Shown here: piece by piece, positions 9,847 through 18,535 of the stretch | How positions within the stretch are numbered: position 1 is the stretch's first letter | How the letters are laid out: each line of letters begins with the position of its first letter | Source: a virus | Reading direction: 5' to 3' (one strand) | Virus record (IMG/VR): IMGVR_UViG_3300037493_007233 | Coordinates: 9,647 to 73,646 of that record | Length of the DNA stretch: 64,000 nt | The notes under the pieces: generated by a model | Seen by the model: only the letters and a program-made list of their open reading frames with translations | What the model was told of the DNA's origin: nothing | Database searches by the model: none | Position numbers and translations under genes: made by a program

Positions 9847-10935
9847 TTACTTCTCGTTTTTCAGCAAAAATTTATTGCTGATAGCTTTGAATGAAATGGA
9901 CATATCATAAGATCTTATAACTACGCCCTCTCTTTCCGTATTTGGATTTAGTCCTGACTTACCCTCTGCCCATTGAAGCATGCCCTCAACTGTATGTGGA
10001 AGCAGGAAATCCAATCCTAAAAATGGAACATAGTCAAATTCCAATTTTTCGATCATCTCGACAAATTCTCTCATGACCAATTTTTTGTTATTATCAATAT
10101 CGAAAGCATTGAAGAATTTTACGGTGTGACCCTTTATCTTATAAGGGTTTCCTTGGATGCCCTCTCCTATCAATTCACCCTGTAAGCAAATATTTACACC
10201 TAAAGCGCCAAGTTTTTCTTCAATCTGAAGCTCCCTGGCAACTTTCCAAAAAGTATTATCTGGGGTTTCAAGAAGTTCCAAATTTCTAGAACATACCCCG
10301 AACTGACCGTTTCTGAAGTAAAATGTTGCGGATGACCCGTCGAGTTTTTCAGTCACATAAAATTTGTGGTCGCTTCTGTAATTCAATTTTAAAAATTGTT
10401 CCTCTAGATTCTGCACTCTTTCCTCGTCGGTTTTTCGGAGGAATGAAGGAAATCCACCCTTAACCTTTCCCGAAAGCTCTGCTGGAATTGGCGGTTCATA
10501 TTTAAGGACATGCAGATAATCTGTGACGTCAGTTCCTTCTTCAATTAGAATAGCATCATCCCAAGGACCAAGTTGAAGCTGATCTCCCCAGGGCTGTTGG
10601 CTGATTCCAATTTTCATATCAGAATCGTTTTCTAAAATAGATAAGGGTAAGCAAAGACCCTGTGAAACTTGACCTTTTAATTTAATTGTTTTCAATCTGA
10701 ATCCCTCAAGATCGCCCATCTTTTTATATGATGATTTTCTTAGAAATTCAAAATCTTCTTCAATGGGTAAAAAAGAATCAATTTCGAAATAAACACATAG
10801 ATCACCAGGTTTAAACTCGCCTTTCTTTGTTACAACTTTCCATCCATCGACAACAGCCACCTCGATAGCATCTGCTCCTTCAATCGGGAGTAATTCTTTT
10901 ATTTTGCGTATAGACGCTAATTTTCTTTCTATCAT
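9847..10935 (-). CDS. RNA ligase, DRB0094 family, with N-terminal OB domain
   Basis: RKLASIRKI, IEGADAIE, YFEIDSFLP, KTDEERVQN, EKLDGSS, QGELIG, EGVVIR, FKAISNKFL. Confidence 0.9.
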   Translation of the reverse strand: MIERKLASIRKIKELLPIEGADAIEVAVVDGWKVVTKKGEFKPGDLCVYFEIDSFLPIEEDFEFLRKSSYKKMGDLEGFRLKTIKLKGQVSQGLCLPLSILENDSDMKIGISQQPWGDQLQLGPWDDAILIEEGTDVTDYLHVLKYEPPIPAELSGKVKGGFPSFLRKTDEERVQNLEEQFLKLNYRSDHKFYVTEKLDGSSATFYFRNGQFGVCSRNLELLETPDNTFWKVARELQIEEKLGALGVNICLQGELIGEGIQGNPYKIKGHTVKFFNAFDIDNNKKLVMREFVEMIEKLEFDYVPFLGLDFLLPHTVEGMLQWAEGKSGLNPNTEREGVVIRSYDMSISFKAISNKFLLKNEK

Positions 10936-10986
10936 TCTGCCTTGTAAATTTTTTCTAAATTGTTCAAATACTCATTTTTTTCTTAT

Positions 10987-11370
10987 TCATAGCTTAAATT
11001 CAAATCGGTTTTTCATTTGTTCTAGCTTATCGACCGGAACCCCGTGCACATTCTCACCTCCGTGGCGGTTTTCAACAATCAAGGAATACACCCTGTATCC
11101 TTTTTCTGCTGCCATTTGGAAATAGGGTTCCATTTCCCACTCCTGAGTAAATGTGTTGGAGACAACAATTTTTTGTATTCCCAAAAACATCCAATCCGAA
11201 ACTTGGGCTTTACACCATTCGTGGGCAGTCCTTATTTTGGTAGGGTCAAACTTGTATTCTCCGTTTACCATAAAATACTGGTCTGCTTCCACTTGTTCTC
11301 CACCTAAACTCTTGGCGAGAGTTGATTTACCTGATCCTGGTAATCCTCTTAGTAAAAATAGTTCTTTCAT
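10987..11370 (-). CDS. AAA_33 P-loop polynucleotide-kinase-like protein
   Basis: RGLPGSGKST, EADQYF, AHEWC, VVSNTF, HGVP. Confidence 0.85.
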   Translation of the reverse strand: MKELFLLRGLPGSGKSTLAKSLGGEQVEADQYFMVNGEYKFDPTKIRTAHEWCKAQVSDWMFLGIQKIVVSNTFTQEWEMEPYFQMAAEKGYRVYSLIVENRHGGENVHGVPVDKLEQMKNRFEFKL

Positions 11371-11856
11371 TTAGCTAAAATCTGTTGATGTTGAAACTCT
11401 AAGTCCGTCTACAACTTTATCGTAATATTTGGGACCGTGTGGGAGATAGCCAGGGGTTCCAATTTCCCTCTTTTTTTCGTATTCTGCATCAAATAAAATT
11501 CCATCCCATCCTAAAGCCATAGCGATGAATTCTTCAACCTCTAGCTCATCCCCATATTCATCAACTACCCTACCAGATCTAACAAAGTTAAAAAGTTCAT
11601 CCCGGTTAGAATAGTATTTGTTAGAATTGAAATTCCAACAAAATTTCCAGCCGGAAGATCTTTTCCCCAAATGGATATTTGTTCCATCTGTGAATTCTTC
11701 CCATGGATTCTCCCAAGAATTTTCCTCCCCTATGTACCGAAAATTTCTTTCTATGAGTTGTGGGGTCAACTTCAGACCAATAATCCGTGCCTGCAGTCGA
11801 TCTTTACGATCCTGCATTTCTTCTTCGGTCGGTATTCGGTAGAAATTGGTTCCCAT
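11371..11856 (-). CDS. Hypothetical phage protein
   Basis: 161 aa ORF packed between neighbours. Confidence 0.7.
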   Translation of the reverse strand: MGTNFYRIPTEEEMQDRKDRLQARIIGLKLTPQLIERNFRYIGEENSWENPWEEFTDGTNIHLGKRSSGWKFCWNFNSNKYYSNRDELFNFVRSGRVVDEYGDELEVEEFIAMALGWDGILFDAEYEKKREIGTPGYLPHGPKYYDKVVDGLRVSTSTDFS

Positions 11857-12518
11857 TACTTTTTGTTGCGAATAATCTCGTCTATGATTCCGTACTTAAC
11901 TGCTTCTTCGGCGTCCATCCAGAAATCTCGTGTTGCATCTTGCATTACAACTTCCGGATCTTTGGAACAATAAGATCCCAGAAGATCAAAGAGAATTTTA
12001 TTAACCTTCTCCCATTCTTGGAAATCGATCTTTGCATCTTGAATGTTCCCGCCAAATCCTCCTGATGATTGGTGAAGCATAACTTTAGAAAATCTCAAAC
12101 TGTATCTTTTGCCCTTGGTTCCAGCACCTAGTAGAATGGATCCCATTGAAGCTGCCATCCCAGTGTTTACTGTAACAATGTCAGATTTGATGTATTCCAT
12201 GACATCTACCATAGAAAGTCCAGATTTAACCGACCCTCCTGGTGAATCTATATGCATAGTGATGTCCCTGTTTTCCACCGAGTCAAGGAACATTAGCTGT
12301 GCCTGAACTACTGTGGACATTTGGTCATTTACCGGTCCTGCAACCCAAAGGATTCTATCCATCATCAATCTGGAGAAGATGTCCATTTGTGTTACCCTCA
12401 ATTCTCTTTCTTCAAGAATGTAAGGGGTTAAAGAAGACTCAACTTGCTTCTTGTAATAATCTAGTTTCAGTGAGCTTATTCCTTCGCTCATTGCAAATTT
12501 TTCAAATTCCTGTTTCAT
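11856..12518 (-). CDS. clpP: Clp protease proteolytic subunit (Bacteroidetes-like)
   Basis: TPYILEER, DIFSRLMMDRI, DSPGGSV, GMAASMG, MLHQ, RDFWM. Confidence 0.95.
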   Translation of the reverse strand: MKQEFEKFAMSEGISSLKLDYYKKQVESSLTPYILEERELRVTQMDIFSRLMMDRILWVAGPVNDQMSTVVQAQLMFLDSVENRDITMHIDSPGGSVKSGLSMVDVMEYIKSDIVTVNTGMAASMGSILLGAGTKGKRYSLRFSKVMLHQSSGGFGGNIQDAKIDFQEWEKVNKILFDLLGSYCSKDPEVVMQDATRDFWMDAEEAVKYGIIDEIIRNKK

Positions 12519-12708
12519 CTTCTACTTCTTGGTTAGTTGTGTTTTTAGACAGGAATTCACGAATTATTTCCTGTGTTTGTGTAATTTCCCTTAATACGTC
12601 GTGTATGTTAACACTCCGATTTTTGTTTATCGTAAGGTCTTCAAGATCTGCGATGGCTGAGCCCAGCTTATGGTCCGCCTCAAATAACAGGGTATTTGTT
12701 TTTGACAT
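12502..12708 (-). CDS. Small hypothetical protein
   Basis: 68 aa ORF behind TAnnTTTG motif. Confidence 0.55.
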   Translation of the reverse strand: MSKTNTLLFEADHKLGSAIADLEDLTINKNRSVNIHDVLREITQTQEIIREFLSKNTTNQEVEDETGI

Positions 12709-12730
12709 GATTCTATTTTTGATTTAACCA

Positions 12731-12738
12731 CAAAAATA
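12731..12738 (-). promoter_or_regulatory. Bacteroidetes-type -7 element (TATTTTTG)
   Basis: Upstream of the 12708 start. Confidence 0.5.
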
Positions 12739-12763
12739 GATTATTCAAACGCTAAAAAAAAAT

Positions 12764-14356
12764 TTAGGAGATCTTTCTTGAAATTATAAAATCTTCAGTG
12801 ACAATATGATCTACAACCCCATCAATTAGATGTCTAATTACTTGATGCGGGTAGTTGTTAATTGGCTCACCGTGTGCATTGAAGGACGTATTGAGCACAA
12901 CGGGTATTCCTGAGATTTTATAGTATTCAGAGATGATCGAATGGAAGTTGGGATTGTTTTCAGAATTAACAATCTGTGGTCTAGAAGATCTATCTAGAAG
13001 CTGGACTACAGCAGGGATGGTCTCCAGCCATTCAGTCCTTGTGTTGTAGCACAATGTCATAAATTCCGCCGAATATTTAGACTTATCACATTCGAAGATC
13101 GAATCAGCATATTCTTCCAACACCGATGGTGCAAAAGGCATAATCTCAGTTCTCTTTAGCTTTTGGTTAAGTTTGGAGTGTGTTTCTGGATCTGTTGGCT
13201 TTACTACTATACTTCGGTTTCCTAAAGCTCTTGGCCCATATTCAGTCCTACCGAAAAAGCATCCAATAACATCACCATCCTGAATAAGCTGTGCAACTTT
13301 TTGGTATGTCATTTCTTGACACACCACATGCTCAGCATTTTCAGATAAAGGGGTTTCCCACTTTTCCTTGCCGTGAGATTCACCAAGGAATGCATTCTTT
13401 AATCTTTTGGGTCTATTGTATTCACCAATCTCATTGGCACAGATTAGAGCAGCACCTAATGCAAGACCTCCGTCTCCCATAGAAGGGTGAATAAACATCT
13501 CATCGAAAATGTCAAGAGAATTTATATGCTGGTTTAGCTTCACATTAGCAAAAAGACCGCCAGAGAAACAAATCTTTCTGTAATCCGGATGTCTTTGTGA
13601 AAGATCAGTCAGGAAATTTTCCATAATCTCTTCAGAATATTTCTGAAGCGTAAAAGCAAAATCTTCTCTATTTCCTGGGTGATTCAAAAATCCATTATGT
13701 AAACAATATTGATCAAAAATGTAGTGGAAAATTGATTCCCAGTTGGCAGGTTGAAAACTTAAATTTCCATCGTAAGAAATACACATCTTAAGCCAATCAT
13801 AGATTTTCTGCGAAAACTTTCCATGAGCAGCAAGACCAACTACTTTACCCTCATCTTTAAGCATTGTCCAGCCTAAGAAATTTGTAGAAGCAGCCCATAT
13901 ACCAGCTAGTGATGCTGTCGTTGGAATGTGTTGAGAATGTATTTCCTCCATCTCTCCATTTTCACAAAGCAGAATTTTTCCTCTGCTTCTATATCCCTTA
14001 CCGTCGTGGCTTACTGAGATAACCTTACCTTCAAAGCCAGAGGTCAGGTAAGATCCCATTGTATGGCAGTGATGGTGTGAGTAAGTTCTAGATTTTTTCT
14101 GTTGATCTGAAGTAATATTCTTAATAAAATTTCTGTAATATGGTCTTGAAAGTGCTATGTAATCACAATTCTCCAAAGTTACTCCATATTCTCTATTAAT
14201 TACATCAAGTGAAAGGTCCGGAAATTGCCAGTTAGAGTGACAAGCCTTAACACCTGTCATTTTCTCCTCTTCCATTGCAAATAATATTTCGCCATCAACA
14301 ATCAAGGCGGTTGAAGTATCGTGTGCTCCGTAGTTTAATCCTATAATTTTACTCAT
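12764..14356 (-). CDS. O-carbamoyltransferase (NodU/CmcH/TobZ family), copy 2
   Basis: GAHDTS, HHHCH, DGKG, EGKVVG, GGLFANVKLN, GDGG, EYGPRALGNRS, PFAP, NTSFNAHGEPI. Confidence 0.93.
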   Translation of the reverse strand: MSKIIGLNYGAHDTSTALIVDGEILFAMEEEKMTGVKACHSNWQFPDLSLDVINREYGVTLENCDYIALSRPYYRNFIKNITSDQQKKSRTYSHHHCHTMGSYLTSGFEGKVISVSHDGKGYRSRGKILLCENGEMEEIHSQHIPTTASLAGIWAASTNFLGWTMLKDEGKVVGLAAHGKFSQKIYDWLKMCISYDGNLSFQPANWESIFHYIFDQYCLHNGFLNHPGNREDFAFTLQKYSEEIMENFLTDLSQRHPDYRKICFSGGLFANVKLNQHINSLDIFDEMFIHPSMGDGGLALGAALICANEIGEYNRPKRLKNAFLGESHGKEKWETPLSENAEHVVCQEMTYQKVAQLIQDGDVIGCFFGRTEYGPRALGNRSIVVKPTDPETHSKLNQKLKRTEIMPFAPSVLEEYADSIFECDKSKYSAEFMTLCYNTRTEWLETIPAVVQLLDRSSRPQIVNSENNPNFHSIISEYYKISGIPVVLNTSFNAHGEPINNYPHQVIRHLIDGVVDHIVTEDFIISRKIS

Positions 14357-14988
14357 ATTCCTAGAATGTGCTTAATGATCTCCTCATTTGGGATTGAAAC
14401 CCAATCAATTGGAATATCCCATGTTTTATAAGCTTTACCGTGATTCTCAAAAATCAAATCTGATTCCCACCAAGATTCTGATCTGGACTGTATGTCAAAC
14501 TTTTTAATTTCAAAACTTGCATAAAGATCATCTATTTGTGATTCTCCTGGATAAGCAAACTTGCAAATATTTTCTCCAAATTGTTGAATCAGCCTATCTT
14601 TAAATTTTGATTCAATGGTAAGATTGCACCCAGTTTTTTCACGGTAAAGAAAAGCACTCCTTACCCATTTAGACTGAACATCAAAGCTGTAATCAACGAA
14701 CTTTAGCAGAACGTTCTTCCCCTTCTCGTCGAAAACATGTTCAAATATTTTAACCGGTGTTTCGTTCTCCCAGCCCCACACGGCTACTTTCCAGTCGGTT
14801 CTAAACCTCCTAGCGTATTTGTAATAATGAAAGGGTCTAATGTCATGGCAGGTATTTACAAGTCCCCATGAATTACCTATTTTCTCGAAGATTTCAACTA
14901 AGTAGAATTCCGACTGACCATCTAAAACGTGAATACATGGTCCATCTATAAATTCAGCATAGCAATCTGCCTTTTTAATAATATCCAT
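14353..14988 (-). CDS. Aah/TibC N-domain-like protein (degenerate); paralog of 775..1497
   Basis: FIDGP start, FDEKGKNVLLKF...YREKTGCNLTI; C-terminal EEIIKHILGI parallels EDLAKDILGL. Confidence 0.45.
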   Translation of the reverse strand: MDIIKKADCYAEFIDGPCIHVLDGQSEFYLVEIFEKIGNSWGLVNTCHDIRPFHYYKYARRFRTDWKVAVWGWENETPVKIFEHVFDEKGKNVLLKFVDYSFDVQSKWVRSAFLYREKTGCNLTIESKFKDRLIQQFGENICKFAYPGESQIDDLYASFEIKKFDIQSRSESWWESDLIFENHGKAYKTWDIPIDWVSIPNEEIIKHILGI

Positions 14989-14998
14989 TAAAATTTTC

Positions 14999-15325
14999 TT
15001 AAATAAGAGATCTATTTACTGTCCTGTTAGCAACACCACCTATCCCTGGAAAGGCGCTAAATAAATTTTTAGCGTCCTTAATAGTTGTATCCCAAGGGGA
15101 ATGGCTATTTTCATTAAACCTCTTCATGGGCAAGAAAGAATTTATTCTGTAATCTTCCAACTCTTTTTTAACCCTACATCTAACCGGATATTTGCCAAGC
15201 TCCGGCTCGTCTAATTCAATATAAAAAACTCCTGAGCCATCAGGGTTCCATCTCACATCGGAAATAGTATAGGACTGCTTTCCGTTATCGATTAGGTATT
15301 CTTTAAGAGCAGACGTGAAATCCAT
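14999..15325 (-). CDS. Hypothetical protein
   Basis: 108 aa ORF. Confidence 0.6.
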   Translation of the reverse strand: MDFTSALKEYLIDNGKQSYTISDVRWNPDGSGVFYIELDEPELGKYPVRCRVKKELEDYRINSFLPMKRFNENSHSPWDTTIKDAKNLFSAFPGIGGVANRTVNRSLI

Positions 15326-15624
15326 TATTTCTTGTGTGAATCGATTATTTCTTGAAACTTTGATTCGTGTTGTGCACCCGAAATTCTCTCTATTTCTTCT
15401 TCTCCTTTAAAAATAACCACGGTGGGAATATTTCTAATCCCGAATTCAGTAGTTAAAGCACTAGATTCATCAACATTAACTTTGATTATCTTTAAATCTG
15501 GGTTATTTTTTTGCAGAGAATCTAAAATTGGATGCAAAACCTTACACGGACCGCACCAGGGTGCCCAAAAATCAACTATTGTTAAATCCCCATCCAGTTC
15601 TTTAACGAATTCTAAAATTTCCAT
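15325..15624 (-). CDS. trxA: Thioredoxin
   Basis: DFWAPWCGPCK, GIRNIPT. Confidence 0.95.
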   Translation of the reverse strand: MEILEFVKELDGDLTIVDFWAPWCGPCKVLHPILDSLQKNNPDLKIIKVNVDESSALTTEFGIRNIPTVVIFKGEEEIERISGAQHESKFQEIIDSHKK

Positions 15625-15673
15625 CAGTCTAAATACTTTCTATTTTATATTACCAGGGTCTAACATTATTTCA

Positions 15674-15994
15674 TCACATGGTGAAAGTTTGGGTCATATC
15701 TGGATTGGTCCTATAAATAAACTGTGGACCTGGTGACATAATTACAGAAATTCCATCAGAGAGTGTTTGCAAGCCCTGGATAAAGTTTTGGACGTCGTCT
15801 TTTTTCGCTGGTGGAAAATTAAAATGAACCATAACATCATTCACAATATCATCCAAAGATTTTTCAAATTCCCCAGTGTCGTGAAATGACATGTATTTCT
15901 CGTACTTCTTTACGAAATCTTTAATTTCAGCTTGCTCTACCTCAGATAAAGATAGGTTTGAAACAAAGTCATCAAATTCTAAAATTCTTCTCAT
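15674..15994 (-). CDS. Hypothetical protein, putative virion-internal
   Basis: N-terminal RILEFDDF motif. Confidence 0.6.
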   Translation of the reverse strand: MRRILEFDDFVSNLSLSEVEQAEIKDFVKKYEKYMSFHDTGEFEKSLDDIVNDVMVHFNFPPAKKDDVQNFIQGLQTLSDGISVIMSPGPQFIYRTNPDMTQTFTM

Positions 15995-16015
15995 GAAACC
16001 ATTTCTAATATTTTA

Positions 16016-16023
16016 GATATATA
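16016..16023. promoter_or_regulatory. Putative late promoter GATATATA between divergent genes
   Basis: Motif recurs upstream of at least 13 starts. Confidence 0.6.
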
Positions 16024-16049
16024 TTTAATCAATTTATAAACTTACTACA

Positions 16050-16373
16050 ATGACAGAAGAAAACATCGACCCGGATCAGGAATTTTCAATTCAAGACAGC
16101 ACAGAAGAATTTGAAACTGGTGAAGAATCATCTAACGATTACCAACCAGCTGAGACAGATTTCGATCAAGATTCTGCAGTAGCCGATCAAGACTACGATC
16201 AAGTAACCGAACCAGCAGACCAGCAATCATTTTCTGACACCTCTGATATTTCACAGCCAGCTCAGAGTATTGAAGCATCTACACAAATTTCGGAACCCGA
16301 ACAAAAAACCCCATCACCACAAAGTTTTAGGGTAATGAGGTTTGAGGATTTCGTTAGCCAGCCGAACGATTAA
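16050..16373 (+). CDS. Highly acidic hypothetical protein
   Basis: D/E/Q/S-rich; C-terminal VMRFEDF motif; GATATATA upstream. Confidence 0.7.
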   Translation: MTEENIDPDQEFSIQDSTEEFETGEESSNDYQPAETDFDQDSAVADQDYDQVTEPADQQSFSDTSDISQPAQSIEASTQISEPEQKTPSPQSFRVMRFEDFVSQPND

Positions 16374-16552
16374 TCTTCGGAAGAAGTACTTCTACCAAGA
16401 TCTCTTCTGATAAGCTTTCTCACGTAATGTGAAACTGAAACTGGAGGCTCACCTTTAGTTAAAGCCTGCTTTGAGATCTTTTTTCCAAGCTCTTCTAAAT
16501 CTTCTGTAGAAAGAAGTACTTGTATTTTTTCGGTTTTTTCTTCTCTTGCCAT
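16370..16552 (-). CDS. Ribbon-helix-helix-like DNA-binding protein
   Basis: KIQVLLS..DLEEL...SVSHYVRKLIRRDL. Confidence 0.55.
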   Translation of the reverse strand: MAREEKTEKIQVLLSTEDLEELGKKISKQALTKGEPPVSVSHYVRKLIRRDLGRSTSSED

Positions 16553-16586
16553 TTTTATTGGTGGTTTTAATTTTAATTGCTATCTG

Positions 16587-18047
16587 TTACTCGAATTTTA
16601 TTCCGGTATGTGGTTTACCATTAGACTTGTATTGATTGTAGTCTTTATCGAAATTTTCTGTTGCTATAAACTTAGTATCTGGATTTACCATGACACCCAT
16701 AGCTTTCATCGTATTTCTATTTATTAGGAGGGGAGTACTTTTATGGGTTCTATCTAATATAGCAACTTTCATCGTGTAGGGATTGCCTAAGAATTTTATT
16801 TCCATTTCTACCGTTGGATACTTAATAACTCCTTTACTGTGGATGCCCCCTGAGATATCAGTTTGCCCAATTATCTTCTTTTTAAATTTCTTTTTTCCTA
16901 TTTCGAAATATAGGGTTTTTCCTTTTTCTTCGACCTTATCTCCGTGAAGTACACAGCAAAGAGTCCCATTCCCTGTATCAAATTTCCCTATCACTTTTCC
17001 TAGTCCTTCAACCTCAACAGTTTCCATATATCCAACCTCGATGCTGGGAAGAATCCAGTTATTTTGATCCATTAAGAAATCAATCACGTCATTTACAATA
17101 GGCTTTCCAAGAGCTTCAGAAATTCCCTCCGTTCCAGGCGAAGAATTTACTTCTAACACATAAGGCTTGTTGGTCTTCTGATCGATCATGATATCAACTC
17201 CACTCCAATTACACCCAGTTTCCCTGGCTGCTTTGAAAGCAATTTCCTCAATTTCTTTAGTTAATTTTACTTTTTCAACAGTTCCACCCAGAGAATAGTT
17301 AGTTCTAAAGTCTTTACCTACGGAATTTCTTCTCATTGCTCCTATAATTCTATAGTTTCCAGGATGATCTAAATCTCTTATATCGATGTTTTTTATTAGA
17401 ACGTGAATTCTAAGATCATATTTAGAGTCTATTTTTTCCTGCAACAGAACTTCGCCGGTCTCATCCAGTTTCTTAATAGTCTGGAAAACAGATTTTAATG
17501 AATTAAAAGAATCTACTATTGAAACTCCGATTCCTTTCGATCCTGTTAATAACTTCATAACAACAGGAAATTTTCCTCCTATAGTCTTTACTGCTTCCTC
17601 CATTTTTTCTTCTGAAGAAAGGATTGCATATCTGGGAACAGGAACCCCAACATTTTTTAAAATTTGACACGTGGAAAATTTATTCTCACAAATTTCCATA
17701 GGAAGAAGTCTGTTGACTATAAAATATCTTCCGGCTTCAAGTGTTCTTAATATCTCTTTATTGTGAGTGCTTTTAAGAACCCCAGATCTTGCTACTATTA
17801 TAGTAGAATCGGGGTAAGCACTAGCTTCTTGTTTTCCGTCGCTAATTAAATATCCTCCATCGATTTTTTTTAACTCAGTTAAATCTATGTCTAGGACATT
17901 AATCTTAATTTTCTTCTTTTTACATTCTTTTTCGAGGGACCGGGAAAATTCATTTGTTCCACCTCCAATAAGAACAACCATATTGGGTTTTACTGACCTA
18001 GCTTCGTTCAGAAATGTTTCGAAGTCTACTATCCTATTAAAGGTCAT
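16587..18047 (-). CDS. rimK: RimK-family ATP-grasp ligase fused to C-terminal RimB-like aspartic protease
   Basis: ENKF, GSKGIGV, LLQE, DFRTNYSLGG, GVDI, LEVNSSPG; C-domain GKFDTGN and LLINRN. Confidence 0.85.
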   Translation of the reverse strand: MTFNRIVDFETFLNEARSVKPNMVVLIGGGTNEFSRSLEKECKKKKIKINVLDIDLTELKKIDGGYLISDGKQEASAYPDSTIIVARSGVLKSTHNKEILRTLEAGRYFIVNRLLPMEICENKFSTCQILKNVGVPVPRYAILSSEEKMEEAVKTIGGKFPVVMKLLTGSKGIGVSIVDSFNSLKSVFQTIKKLDETGEVLLQEKIDSKYDLRIHVLIKNIDIRDLDHPGNYRIIGAMRRNSVGKDFRTNYSLGGTVEKVKLTKEIEEIAFKAARETGCNWSGVDIMIDQKTNKPYVLEVNSSPGTEGISEALGKPIVNDVIDFLMDQNNWILPSIEVGYMETVEVEGLGKVIGKFDTGNGTLCCVLHGDKVEEKGKTLYFEIGKKKFKKKIIGQTDISGGIHSKGVIKYPTVEMEIKFLGNPYTMKVAILDRTHKSTPLLINRNTMKAMGVMVNPDTKFIATENFDKDYNQYKSNGKPHTGIKFE

Positions 18048-18068
18048 TATAAATAATTATTTTTAGAC

Positions 18069-18076
18069 TATATATC
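18069..18076 (-). promoter_or_regulatory. Putative late promoter GATATATA
   Basis: About 20 nt upstream of rimK start. Confidence 0.6.
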
Positions 18077-18090
18077 TTCCCAGATAGGAT

Positions 18091-18360
18091 TTAAAAGGGA
18101 ATTTCCTCGAGTAATAACTGGACATCTATTGCTTGTTTTATTTTACCTATCTCATGGCATTTTTCATATTCCTCTTCTAATAAGAAGAAGTCAAGCAACT
18201 CCTGCAGTCTTTCACACTTGAAAGCTGAGGTAAACCATTTGTCTGTAATAAATCCTAGCTTATTCTCAATTAGCATGCAATAGTTTTCATACATGAAATC
18301 TCTATACTCCTCGAATCCATCAGGATCTATTCCCTCAAAAATGTGATCGTTGGTTATCAT
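18091..18360 (-). CDS. Hypothetical protein with UVR-like motif
   Basis: EEEYEKCHEI. Confidence 0.55.
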   Translation of the reverse strand: MITNDHIFEGIDPDGFEEYRDFMYENYCMLIENKLGFITDKWFTSAFKCERLQELLDFFLLEEEYEKCHEIGKIKQAIDVQLLLEEIPF

Positions 18361-18535
18361 TTTTTTCTTTTACTAAACTTTCTACCCCTTTTACATAGTC
18401 CATGGAATCAGCTGATCCAATAACCGTGTCTGGCCTGTATAAATACATGTTTAAAAATTCCTCATCGGAATTCATCTTTTCTCTGATCTCCCTGAGCTTA
18501 TCAAGTTCTGGTAGATATCTTTTATTAAATCCCAT
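18335..18535 (-). CDS. Hypothetical protein
   Basis: 66 aa ORF coupled to upstream stop. Confidence 0.6.
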   Translation of the reverse strand: MGFNKRYLPELDKLREIREKMNSDEEFLNMYLYRPDTVIGSADSMDYVKGVESLVKEKNDNQRSHF

